Source: Eledone cirrhosa
Taxonomy: Eukaryota
NCBI GenBank assembly: GCA_964016885.1
Contig: OZ024741.1
Span: 83,018,001-83,082,000, forward strand
Direction: 5' to 3'
DNA length: 64,000 bases
Both the position numbers and the translations under genes were made by a program. The notes under the pieces are model-generated. The model was given only the letters and a program-made list of their open reading frames with translations. It was not told where the DNA came from and searched no databases. Positions 12,541 through 23,659 of this stretch are shown piece after piece (position 1 is the first letter of the stretch; each line of letters opens with the position of its first letter).

Positions 12541-13659
12541 CTGGTAATAGCATTTATGTAAAATTTACCTGTTGTGTTGTTAGATTTGAGATGATTGTTA
12601 AATGATCTGGAAAGTAATGAAACTTTACACGTATATTTTAGTGAGAAAACCTATTTCATTTGATCTATGTTTTGTTAGTTACTTTTGTTAATTGTTTTCC
12701 ATCATTTGCCGTTGTTCTGTTTCGTTCTAATAAACATTCTAAAGCCATTTGCATTTACAAATAGATAAGAAGGGGAGACTTTGATGAATTAGGAAAATAA
12801 TAGAAAATCACACACACATACCCACACGCAAAGTAAAAGTACGATTTTCCTTTTAAGATATATAGAGAATAAAAAGTAATAATAACACATAACAAGATGA
12901 TACTAAAAATATATGAAATAAAAACAAATCAAAGACGTATATTCCCCTTTCATTCATGCTTTCGAACACAAGCACATCTTTAGGTAAATTTATCTTCAAA
13001 GAAACCAATAACGAACAGAATTGCGGCATTTCATAATATCAGATTCTGGTACATTTTTTATTTACTTCTTTATTTATTTAATCAATTATATTTCGACCGA
13101 TAGATTTCTGTAACTAAACGATTTAATTTCAGAAAATATATATAACATATAATAATCTTATTTGTGTCTTCGGAAATATGTAGCAATTAAAGACGTTGTA
13201 CAGTTATTGGAAACTGCTACGGCCGCCTTTTAGTTGCTGAAATCTGATTGGTTAGATCCTTTCTCAGCAATCTCATATATTTTCTTCCCTTTTTCTTCAT
13301 TACTTGTATATATTGTTTTCATATCGGACGAGATTTTGAATCGGATGAAAATAATCGAGCAGGAAAAATTGATTGTATTATTGATTTTTCCTATGTATTT
13401 TCGTTTTACGATGATTGTTTTGCTTATTCTAGAAATTACTAGTTCTCTCTTTTTTCTGTTGGCGATGGAGAAGTATAGGGCACACCTCACATACAATTAA
13501 CATTCTCTTTTAATCTGTTTCTTTGCGACATTTAAAAACAACGCTCTCTCTTCTTTTCCTCTCCCACTCTCTCTTCTCCCTCTCTCTATACACTCACACC
13601 TACACACACACAACCCCCCCCCACACACACATATGTATATATATATATATATATATATA

Positions 13660-15632
13660 GCAGAAAGTATGACGCCGACGGCAGAGCCCAAGCCGTTTCG
13701 ACGGCTATTTCTGGACTAAAGTAAGAGTTTTTTTAGTCTGCTAAATAAATAGCCAAACTTTTCAAGGGTACTTCCTTATATGGGAAGATTGTAGTTGTCA
13801 AGGGGATTGGTCAACATTTGTAGCAGACACAGAAAAGTCCATCATAGCAGTGGGTGAGGGGTGGGGATGGCTGAACTTGCCTGTAGAACGATAGGAGAAT
13901 GGGTAGAGCCGGTCAACGGTAGTAGGTGAAATCTACACGGCAAATTCTAAGGAATGTGTATGAAAGTAGGCCAGAGGAAGTTGGCGAAAAAAGGTTTCTT
14001 TGGAAAGTGGAGGAGGGACGTTATAGATATAGTAAATCAAAAGCGATTAGGGGACAAAGAACAAAAATAATAAAAAAGGATATAATAAAAAATGAGAGAA
14101 GGATGTATCAGAAAGTAAGATTGGAAAGTGAGAAGTGAAATAAGGAGTCTAACACAGCTGCTATATTTAGTTGGTGCTCCTATTTCGGCCAAAGCTATAG
14201 AAAGAGTTGCTAGATGAGATTATTGAAACATTTAGAATTAAAAATTAATACCACATCTCTGGGGTCTAACACAGCTGCTATGAATAGTTAATATAGCGTA
14301 ATCGGTGAATGCTCTCTGTAAGTTACTGGGGTGGGGGTACTGACGTTAAAGAACCCGATGGGCTGCCTCGAGGTAGGCGAAAGGGGGTAAACACAAAGAA
14401 ACGAACGAGTAAGAAAGTTCAGTGGTGGAAAGAAGTGATAGGGGGAGACATAGAGAAGAAGAAAACATAGAGGAAAAGAAAAGAGATTCATCTACCTATA
14501 TAAGTAGGGGTTTTCCCTATCTTATTCGGAAAGTGGGGTGTTTCAACTCTAGTCTACCCACCCGGATCGCTGGGGGGTTTGAGGGCGAGGTAAGTATTCC
14601 GCAATCTGTGTTTGCCTGCAGTTACCAGTTCGTCTTTTTTGTTTAGGAGTTGATCCTTCGTAAACAGCATTTGTAATATTTCCTCCGAGCATAAGTTACA
14701 CGGACGGCGTCCTCGCGTGTAAGAGTTAGCTGTGGACAGTAAGCTCCAAGTAAGATGGTAAGGTATATTATTATCTTGGAGGTCCCAGATATGGCCCGAA
14801 GTGTGGTGGCATGTCGCCGGACCGGGTTCCGGAACGTATGTCGGTGTTGGTAGAGCCAGGACTTAAAGTCACAAGCGGTTAATCCTATATAAGCTTTGTT
14901 GGAGGTGTCTGTCTTCACGTTGCACTGGTAGATAACGTTACGTTCTCGGCATCTGTTGTTGAGGGGGTACGTAGATCTATCAGGGCAGTTACACCTCCTG
15001 GTCGGCTCTCCACTAATTTGTAGGTTATTTCTTCCATAGGGGTTGAGATTTTTGTTGTTTTGAGGAGATGATGTTTTGTGCGAAGTTAGGTTTGGTGCTG
15101 TAGGATAGCGTGATAGTGTTTTTGTTGATTATGTTGTGGTAGCGGTGTTGTGGTGGAAAGCATTTTTCGAGGAGCCTAAAGAAGATTTTCCCGATAGGTG
15201 TTGCCTCCTCGGCATTGTGGAGAGGATTGAACCACTTTATGTAGCGTGAGTGGCGGCGTCGCCTGCTGGTTCCGCTAAGAGAAGCTGGATAAAAAGATAT
15301 TTCCTCCCGGAAGCCACTCCGCTTGAGGACCTGGTTGCAATGGGGCGCATATTCGTCGAATATCTGCTCGTTAGTGGACAGACTAGATATGCGGAGGGAG
15401 ATGTTTTGAACCAGATTATTGGTGATGTTTCTAGGATGGTTAGAACGGCGGTGGATGTAGTGGAGGTTGTCGTTTGGACCCGGTCTGTACTACTGGGGTT
15501 GAACCCTTTGAGTGTAAGGAGCCCATCGTCTCGGTACAATCCACCGCCGAATGCGGGAAACATATCGGTGAGTTTATATAGTAGGAATAATCCTATAAGA
15601 TCGGTGACCTCGACCGAATCGGTCGCGCCCAT
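13660..15632 (-). mobile_element. 5'-truncated, internally deleted PLE (same type as 2372-4474, different family)
   Basis: MGATDSVEVTDLIGLFLL..GGGLYRDDGLL, WFNP, CNCPDRSTYPL, VIYQC, AYIGLTACDFK..YQHRHTF with frameshifts; 3' region runs to the (TA)n at ~13640-13660. Confidence 0.85.
13687..13768 (-). ncRNA. Type I hammerhead ribozyme, U3-A8 core with extended stem II
   Basis: Minus strand: CCC-TTGAAAA-g ttt GGCTATTT..GACTAAA..TTTAGTC..AAATAGCC gt c-GAAA-cggc-TT-GGG; located at the PLE 3' end. Confidence 0.65.
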
Positions 15633-15699
15633 GCTGACAGCATTATATCAAAAGTTAAGCAAAACGCGAGACTTAGCCTATGGGTTGAACGTTGAACGT

Positions 15700-18417
15700 T
15701 AAACGTAAATTGGAACGAGGGCCGGGTAGAGGGAATAGGGATAAATGTAGCAGGCGCATTATGGATATAACCCCGGCTATCGAGGGTAATCCCATTGGCT
15801 GCACGGGAGGTACACCGCCCCGGAGACATGGGACGATTCCGAACACAACCGGGACACCCCACGAAACCATCGACCCACAGGCTGTTTTCAGTTATAATAG
15901 ACCAGTAGCTACTAGGTATATAGGTAACTCCAGTATAGATAGCAAAAACGAGAGGCATCGGACCTGAAAAATCCTGTAGTATAACCCCCCCCTTACTCCA
16001 CTGGCCTGACCACAAGTATAGCTAAGCTTTTCTTTAGGGCTTTAGACAAATGCTTCCTTAGATCACACAGATATTATAAAATATTCAATAGGAATACCAT
16101 TAAGCTGTCCTACTCCACAACCAGTAACATAGCTCAGAATATAGCTAAGATGAATTATAGTAGACTCGGGACAGCCCAAGGGGGATGAGACATGGCAGAA
16201 CTAATGGCAGCTCTATGGATGAACGGACTCATGCACGTGAGGTGAGTCGGGTCACCCCAACTCCTGGGAACTTACCCATAGAGCAGACAAGAACTAAGAC
16301 TCGACCCCAGAGGTACCGTGGTTCCTCTGGAACTACCCAGGCAGATAGCAGAAAATGTATTTGCAGGAACACCGCCACTTGCCCCTTGACTGGGAAATGC
16401 CTCACCAAAAACAGTCTACGACTGTAAGGTCTTCACTTTAGATAGAACATTTAGGTATGTTGGGGAAACTGCCACTGAATTTGAGGATAGATGGTATAAT
16501 CACCGCCATACCTTTAATAGATTAGATAAAAGAAATAGCACGGCGCATCCTGAAATAGTCTGGAAGTTTAAACAACAGAATATAGAGCACTCCTTATCCT
16601 GGTCCATAAATTGCTCAGCCCAGCCATATAACGGCAGCACTGGCGTTTGTAATTTATGTATAGCTGAAACCTTTAATATTATTAGAGGCGGCCCCCTATT
16701 AATCAATAGGAGAGGGTCCTTTTCAGCAACTGCCAACATAGAACCTCGAAAACCTTCCGTAGGATTTTTGGAAAGTAACCTACCACTAACTCCTCCCTCT
16801 ATATTTTAGCCATAGAGTTCTCTCAATTAGCAAAAAACAGACAATCACACACTCAGATAGTTAGACAGCGAAGATCGTTTGCGCACTTACAAACGGTACT
16901 CGGCCTGTCTCCACAGAGTTCTCACAGCTGAGTGCACATCAGAATACCTAGTTGTTAAATAGTTAGAAAGATTACACACTCAGGTAAGACCGATTACGCG
17001 CATTCACCATTACTTTAGGACACCCTAACCACTGAGTTCTCTCGGTTAGGATATAACTAGGCGTATTATACACTCAGTTATGACTAATTACGCTATCTAT
17101 ACATAACTCTACACACAGTACCCGGTTTTCGTTAGACACTGAGTTCCCGCAGTTATTACTGGTCACGTTCCTATCGATTGGGTTTGATCCGTGATCTAAC
17201 CATGGAAAGCTCACGGTTACAGATTGGACAATAATACTTACACACCATTAATGGGCCTACACACATTCTCTGTGTTTTGCTATCATTTGTTATTTTATTT
17301 TGCCTTTTGTATTGGATAACACACCTCCACTACTCAAACACCTATCTTAAAAGCCTAAGGGCCCATATGACGGGAAATCGCCAATACTGACACCTTACCC
17401 CAAGGACCCAACCCTACACAGAGCCTTTTGGTGGCCTACATAGCGGTTGCTTGCAAGCACAGATTTGGGGACTCAGATTCTCAATGGGACAACGGCAGAT
17501 ACTGTGTTCGATATGAGCTGACTACTTGCTCTTCACAGCGATGTGTATATACCTAAACATACACTTTACTGGACCATACGGATGTGTATATACCATAACA
17601 TACACTATTTGGAGATACGGATGTTGCAATTCAATTGATACACGTATAGTAGAACACTGAATTGAACTTACTCGCGTGTGTATAGGGTTGCGGTTGACCC
17701 AATTTTTCCAATTCTTTGGGACGATACGGATGTATGTACCATAACATACACTATTTGGAGATACGGGTGTTACAATTCAATCTATAGACGTATAGCACAT
17801 CATTGCACTGAACTTACTTGCGTGTGTATAAGGTTGCGATTGACCCAATTTTTCCAATTTACATCGTCGAATTGAGATTTGACCAATATAACATTTGTTG
17901 TTTATAAACTAACTTTCGGTGAATACTATGTTGGTATATTTATATTTTCATTTTTTCTTTAACCTCGTGTCGGTTTGTGTGAGTGTGTGTGCTCACTCAC
18001 ACTAACTTTGACCGTCTATAGTTCTACAAATTTGATGCTGTGTTGGTATGTGTGTATATTTTTTTTTCTTTGACATCTCGTCATGTATGAGTGAGTGTGT
18101 GTGTACCCACTCACATTAACTGTGACCGACTGTAATTCTACAGATGTGATTGATGTCCAGCGTCTTTTACAGCTACTGGGAGACTTGATTGTATTATGAC
18201 CCTAACTGAGGACGATAGCAGTCGCCGTTTTCTGACTGCTTGTCTTCATATGAGGGAACACCGTTAATTTTCTCCCTCATATCAAGGATTTGAAGACAAT
18301 TCATTTTCAGATGACGAGATCAGTGATAATCGATCAGGGCTACACAATCGATCTATCTCTTATTGAAACATGTGTCGTGATTAAAATGATTGGAAATTCA
18401 TACCATGCCTCCAGATC

Positions 18418-18420
<3 letters not shown>
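15700..18420 (+). mobile_element. 5'-truncated PLE (linker, GIY-YIG domain and long 3' region), third family
   Basis: KIL*YNPP, KIFNRNTIKLSYSTT, CICRNTATCPLTGKCL, YVGETATEFEDRWYNH, CNLCIAE at about 15970-16780; 3' region has tandem duplications (16800-17160, 17540-17860, 17960-18150) and ends at (TA)n. Confidence 0.85.
18297..18392 (+). ncRNA. Hammerhead-ribozyme-like fold, variant core CAGATGA, long stem II
   Basis: CAATTCATTTT-CAGATGA-c GAGAT..ATCTC ttatt-GAAA-cat gtgtc gtg a-TT-AAAATGATTG; 10-bp stem I with one bulge; ~30 bp from the PLE 3' end. Confidence 0.55.
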
Positions 18421-18482
<62 letters not shown>

Positions 18483-18486
<4 letters not shown>

Positions 18487-18529
18487 ATAATAATAAATTT
18501 GAAGACTAAAATCCAAAGAGGGCTCGATA
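18483..18529 (-). mobile_element. 47-bp PLE 3' tip identical to 5554-5600
   Basis: Exact reverse complement of TATCGAGCCCTCTTTGGATTTTAGTCTTCAAATTTATTATTATTACT, abutting (TA)n. Confidence 0.85.
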
Positions 18530-18828
18530 TATAAAATGTGGGTATATTCCTAATGAGTATCGGAATATATATATATTTCATTGAACTTAAATCTGCTCTC
18601 CAAACTAGCAAGTCAATTCGGTCGATTTTTTAAGTTACTCATAGGATTATTCCCTTCATAATGGATAATTAAATTTGCTAAGATAAGATTCTTTCGTTAT
18701 CTTGGCAATCTAACGTTCTCCCTAACGCATTGTTTGGCTTTCAAAATTTGAATTAAATTTGTGTTTCCTATTTAACAATGCTTCAAGCAATCTACAAATC
18801 TCTGTTATATATATATATATATATATAA

Positions 18829-18874
<46 letters not shown>

Positions 18875-19095
18875 TCATTTGATTTATTGATTTATTGATT
18901 TTTTATCTGAGTGTCCCGAATCTTCCAGATCGCAATTTTTCGGTCGTATGGTTGATTATAGACTTGTTCTATGTGTGACTGTATTTTAACGATAGTTATA
19001 GCTCTGATTTATCTAAATTATTGAGCCCTCTGCCACTCATATCGAATTTTGTTTATCGTGAACTCGTGCGCCGATTTTTTGATACTCGATTATTC

Positions 19096-19137
<42 letters not shown>

Positions 19138-19234
19138 GTATGTATAGTATATTTAAAAGCATTACGAAGACCATATGTTATTAGTTTTAAAGTAGCGAAT
19201 ATGTCACTTACTTCTTTTCGACGAAAGGGAGAGA

Positions 19235-19276
19235 GGCTGACAGTTTTTTTCCCGCTGGTTGGCGTTCATCAGAGCC
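19235..19276 (-). ncRNA. Minimal type I hammerhead ribozyme (left arm)
   Basis: GGCT-CTGATGA-acgc caacca gcgg-GAAA-aaaactg-TC-AGCC; stem I perfect, stem III mutated. Confidence 0.65.
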
Positions 19277-19423
19277 ACGAACTCCCCTGCTTTCGCCGAA
19301 AATTAAAGAAGCTGGATTCTTATAGAATTTCAGTAATAATCAGGAGCTGATTATACAGAGCGATTGCCGGTCCAGCAAAAATTAGGTATTAGGTATTTTT
19401 GCGGCGAAAGCAGGGCAGTACGT

Positions 19424-19465
19424 CGTTCTGATGAACGCCAACCAACGTGAAACAGACTGTCAGCT
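19424..19465 (+). ncRNA. Minimal type I hammerhead ribozyme (right arm)
   Basis: GTT-CTGATGA-acg ccaaccaa cgt-GAAA-cag a ctg-TC-AGC; GUC cleavage triplet. Confidence 0.7.
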
Positions 19466-19634
19466 TCTCTCCTTTCCTTCGCCGAAAAGAAGTAAGTGAC
19501 ATAGTCACTACTTTAAATCTGAGAGCGTGTGGTCTTCTAAATATTTAAAATTAAACATACCGTATCAATATACAGTATATACCAAATATACTATACATAC
19601 TTTCATGTATACATCGCTATTTCAGAGCACCAAT

Positions 19635-19717
<83 letters not shown>

Positions 19718-19869
19718 GTTACAACAGTCCCATATGCAGGTACTTAAGATTCGTTGGGTTATGCAGCCCAACTTATTCACGCTGTTATACAAACATAGAT
19801 GATATCTGGTGGCCAAATGTAATTTCTCTTGGTCAAGATTATCCGAGACCTCTGAATTATGGAGAGAGA

Positions 19870-21358
19870 ATACATTACTCATCTAAACAGGACATAGCAG
19901 CATCTTCGAATGTTGAGGTCACAGGAGCAATTACTGGGCTGAAATTTGCCAAGGCCACCGAGGTTGATGAAATTCGGTTCGAGATGTTAAAAGCCTTAAA
20001 TGGAGAAGGAATCTCTGGCAGATTCATTAAGGTCGGATTGCCTGGATATCTAGAAAGGCACCTAAGGAAAACAATCGGGAGTGATAATCAAAGTTTCAAA
20101 ACGGGAGACCAGTTAGATTGCTCCAATTATATAGAAACCTCCTTGTTAAGCCTCCCGATAGTCAATGCTAAGTGTCTGGCAAAGGGATGTAGGGATATTG
20201 ACGAGTTCACACTAGTTGACAAACAGTAAGCTTTTAATCCCGGACGCAGCACAGTGGACCAAATATTCACACTTAGGCAGCACTTTGAGAAATCGTAGTA
20301 GTATGATCGCGTTCTACAGGAACTGTGGAAGAAGGGTCTGCCGTGATATATATCCGATGGATAGCTTCTAGTTGTTGTGATGTCTCTACAGGAACGACCT
20401 AGTATGTGTGTTAGAATAAATGGTGCTAATACGAAACTATTCAAGGTGGGTGTCACTCTGTACATAGGGAGAGTGTTGCCACTTCTCCTATTCATAATCT
20501 ACGTGCAAAAGATTGACCTGTACAAGATTGACCTGTACATCTGATGTGGGAGAGCTATCAAGACTGGCGATTGTAGGACTAATCAGATGGATTTTGTGGA
20601 CGACGTGGTATTACTTTACTCGTCAGAAATTGATCACAGAAATGGAAATGCACTTGATGCGGTTGCTGCCGAGTGGTGCATGACAGCAATTCAATGCTGC
20701 GACAACTGAGTTGCTCGTTTTGGCAATGATGCCTGCAGTGCCATCTACATGTGGATGAATTTCCACTGAATCCGGTGCGAAATTAAAGTATCTCGGGGTC
20801 GTGTCCAAAACTAACGAAAGGCAGGAGGCTGAATTATGTGCAGGATGGGACATCAAAAGGAGGGTGGTATGTGTAATATCTAAACTCAATATTTTCGATT
20901 CGTTATTCGTGCCAACCATTAACTATGGCCATAAAACACCGGTAATAAGAGACAGAATGAAATTGCGAATAAAAGCGACCAATATAGGATCCTCTGAATT
21001 GTCCTTGGAGTAACGTTACTCGATAGAGAGCAAAGCTCGGAGATCACAAAGTCTCTACATGTATAGCAATTACATCTCAGGATTGGGTGATCACAAATCG
21101 GATAATACGATTAGATCTGGTTAGAATATCTCAGGAAAGAATAGCTGGAAATACTTTAAGAACAAATCATTCGACAGGACAACACGTTGTCGACTTCTAG
21201 CAAGATGGCTAAATAACAGCCACAAGCTCGGTTGGACTTGATTGGAGATACAGACGGATCAATTGGAGAGAGTTGCTTCTTATAGGACCCACTGGAAGGC
21301 ATGCATGAAGAGTCAACCCCCACAACAGCCCCGTGAATAATGTGGTTACGAGGAAGAA

Positions 21359-21393
<35 letters not shown>

Positions 21394-21490
21394 AGAAGAA
21401 GAAGAAGAAGAAGAAGAAGAAGAAGAAGAAGAAGAAGAAGAAGAAGAAGAAGAAGAAGAAGAAGAAGAACAACAACAACAACAACAACAA
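19870..21490 (+). mobile_element. RTE-clade LINE fragment, degenerate, with long (AAG)n(AAC)n tail
   Basis: EVDEIRFEMLKALNGEG, TGDQLDCSNY..SLLSLP, PGRSTVDQIFTL, FVDDVV, KYLG remnants; tail at 21353-21490. Confidence 0.85.
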
Positions 21491-21808
21491 GAAAATATAT
21501 ATGAAAAAGTTATGTTCTTTTTTACAAAAACAGTATAAACAAATTGGAAACATATGTGGAGAAGTTAAAACAGCATAAAATACAATAATTTATGTCACTT
21601 CTTCTTCGGGACACAGCATATCAAGAGACCGAAATAACAGAGGTTGTTCCAGCATTATGTTTTTCTGTTCTTTGTGTTCAAGTTCTAGCTTTCTTCTGAC
21701 ATCAAAGTTGTAGAATAATCGTTATCTTCGAAATATATATAACAGCGCATATGGACAAACGGAGTTCATTTTAACCTGTTAATTTACACTTTTTACATTA
21801 CTCCGGAG

Positions 21809-21963
21809 TAAACAGACCCTCTTGCGCATCTCGTTGTGTTAAACAGACCCTCTTGCGCATCTTGTTGTGTTAAACAGACCCTCTTGCGCATCTTGTTGTG
21901 TTAAACAGACCCTCTTGCGCATCTCGTTGTGTTAAACAGACCCTCTTGCGCATCTTGTTGTGT
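21809..21963. repeat. Minisatellite, 5 x 31 bp (TAAACAGACCCTCTTGCGCATCT[C/T]GTTGTGT)
   Basis: Contiguous units starting at 21809, 21840, 21871, 21902 and 21933; no spacers. Confidence 0.95.
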
Positions 21964-22012
21964 GCTCTACACTGCATATTATAGTGTCTGTAACCAACCA
22001 ACACAAACTTAA

Positions 22013-22125
<113 letters not shown>

Positions 22126-22468
22126 CAGAGAGAGAAAGAGGGATACCATTCTGACAAGTGTAGGATCACCAGTGGAATAACCCCGAATTTCGCTTAACTT
22201 GAATGTTTTAGATTTATAATATCTGCACTAATCATTTGTGACCTTTGTTCCACTTTATTCTCATTCATATCTTTATTTTCATTCCTTCCTCTTCCCCACA
22301 CGTGCCTCCGCCCTCACCATGTATAAGCAAGATATCTTCCCGTGTCTTTGTTACGCCTTATATACGACTTTCTCACCTCCTGATGAATAATTTATATCCT
22401 ATCTGTTGAAATTTCTTCTTTTCCTTTTTGAAGCCTGAACCTCTTTACGCGTTTTTTTTTAATACACT

Positions 22469-22586
<118 letters not shown>

Positions 22587-23659
22587 GAGATAAGAAAAAT
22601 GATTAAAAAGTGTTTGAGAAGCGCACTTGGTATGTAGTATATATAAAAGATGTCCATAACGTACAAAAATTGATGTTACAAATTGGTGTTAGCAAAGCCT
22701 GCTTTCTACGTTTTGGATTGTCAAAACATTTGTTTGTTCGTTAAATTGTTTTTTTAGTTAAATCTCCTGCATGGTGGATACGCTCCATGGTATTAGCTTC
22801 TATTTCGGGTTCATAGATCTTCTTTTTGTGAGGGTGTTTGTATTACTATATTAATGTCGTGTACATAACAAGAGTAAATGATGATGGCTATGGAGTTATT
22901 TGCCTTGTAGGCGTTCTTTGACTCTCCTTTCGCACCATACCAAAAATAGACTGGCAACATCGCCAGACATGCTGACGCCGATGGCCGCTCCATCGATTTG
23001 GGCGTATATATTCTTATTGAATTTGAACTGAAAGCATGAGTGGAATCACAACAACCATACACACTCGTGATTAAAGATAGAAAATAAATATACACACATG
23101 CAATAACAACAGTAACACTAAAACACACACTAGTGACCAAAGATATAATATAAACACATAAAAACACGCAGACTCAGACACGAATACATGAAAAACCACC
23201 AAACAATATAAGCACACAAACGCATGTACAAACAGGGATAAACAAAAAATTATAGCAACACAACCGGAGGAAACACAGCGATAATCACTGAAGATGTCAG
23301 AGAAATAACTTTGAGAAATTAGGTTTATATTTGTATGTTTAACTGTTGGTTAATAAAAGATAGATATTGATTGCCAGCTAAATTACTTATGGAAATATAA
23401 AAAGAAATATATACTGAGACTGAAGCGAAGAACAAATCAAACAGTAAGTGTGTTTTATTATTTGTTGGCAATATTAGGACACGACCCACCCCAAATATAT
23501 CAATATAAGAAACATATCATCTGTACGCTTGATACAGTAAGAAAAGACAGTTACGTTTCGGAAACTAGTCCTTTATCTGAATAATAAAATAGTGAGTGAG
23601 AAGTGAAAGACCGGAAAAATGAAGAAGTAAGGTTGGACATTAGTGGGTGTTTATGCTGA

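Larger units (their letters stand above)
19135..19605. mobile_element. Inverted-repeat element between (TA)n tracts carrying two divergent hammerhead motifs
   Basis: About 19135-19310 is an imperfect reverse complement of about 19392-19605. Confidence 0.75.

Noticed and set aside
21809-21963. CRISPR-like 31-bp repeats
   Set aside because: Units are contiguous without spacers, no cas genes, eukaryotic context
22376-22425. CTGATGA..GAAA motif
   Set aside because: No convincing stem I, II or III pairing
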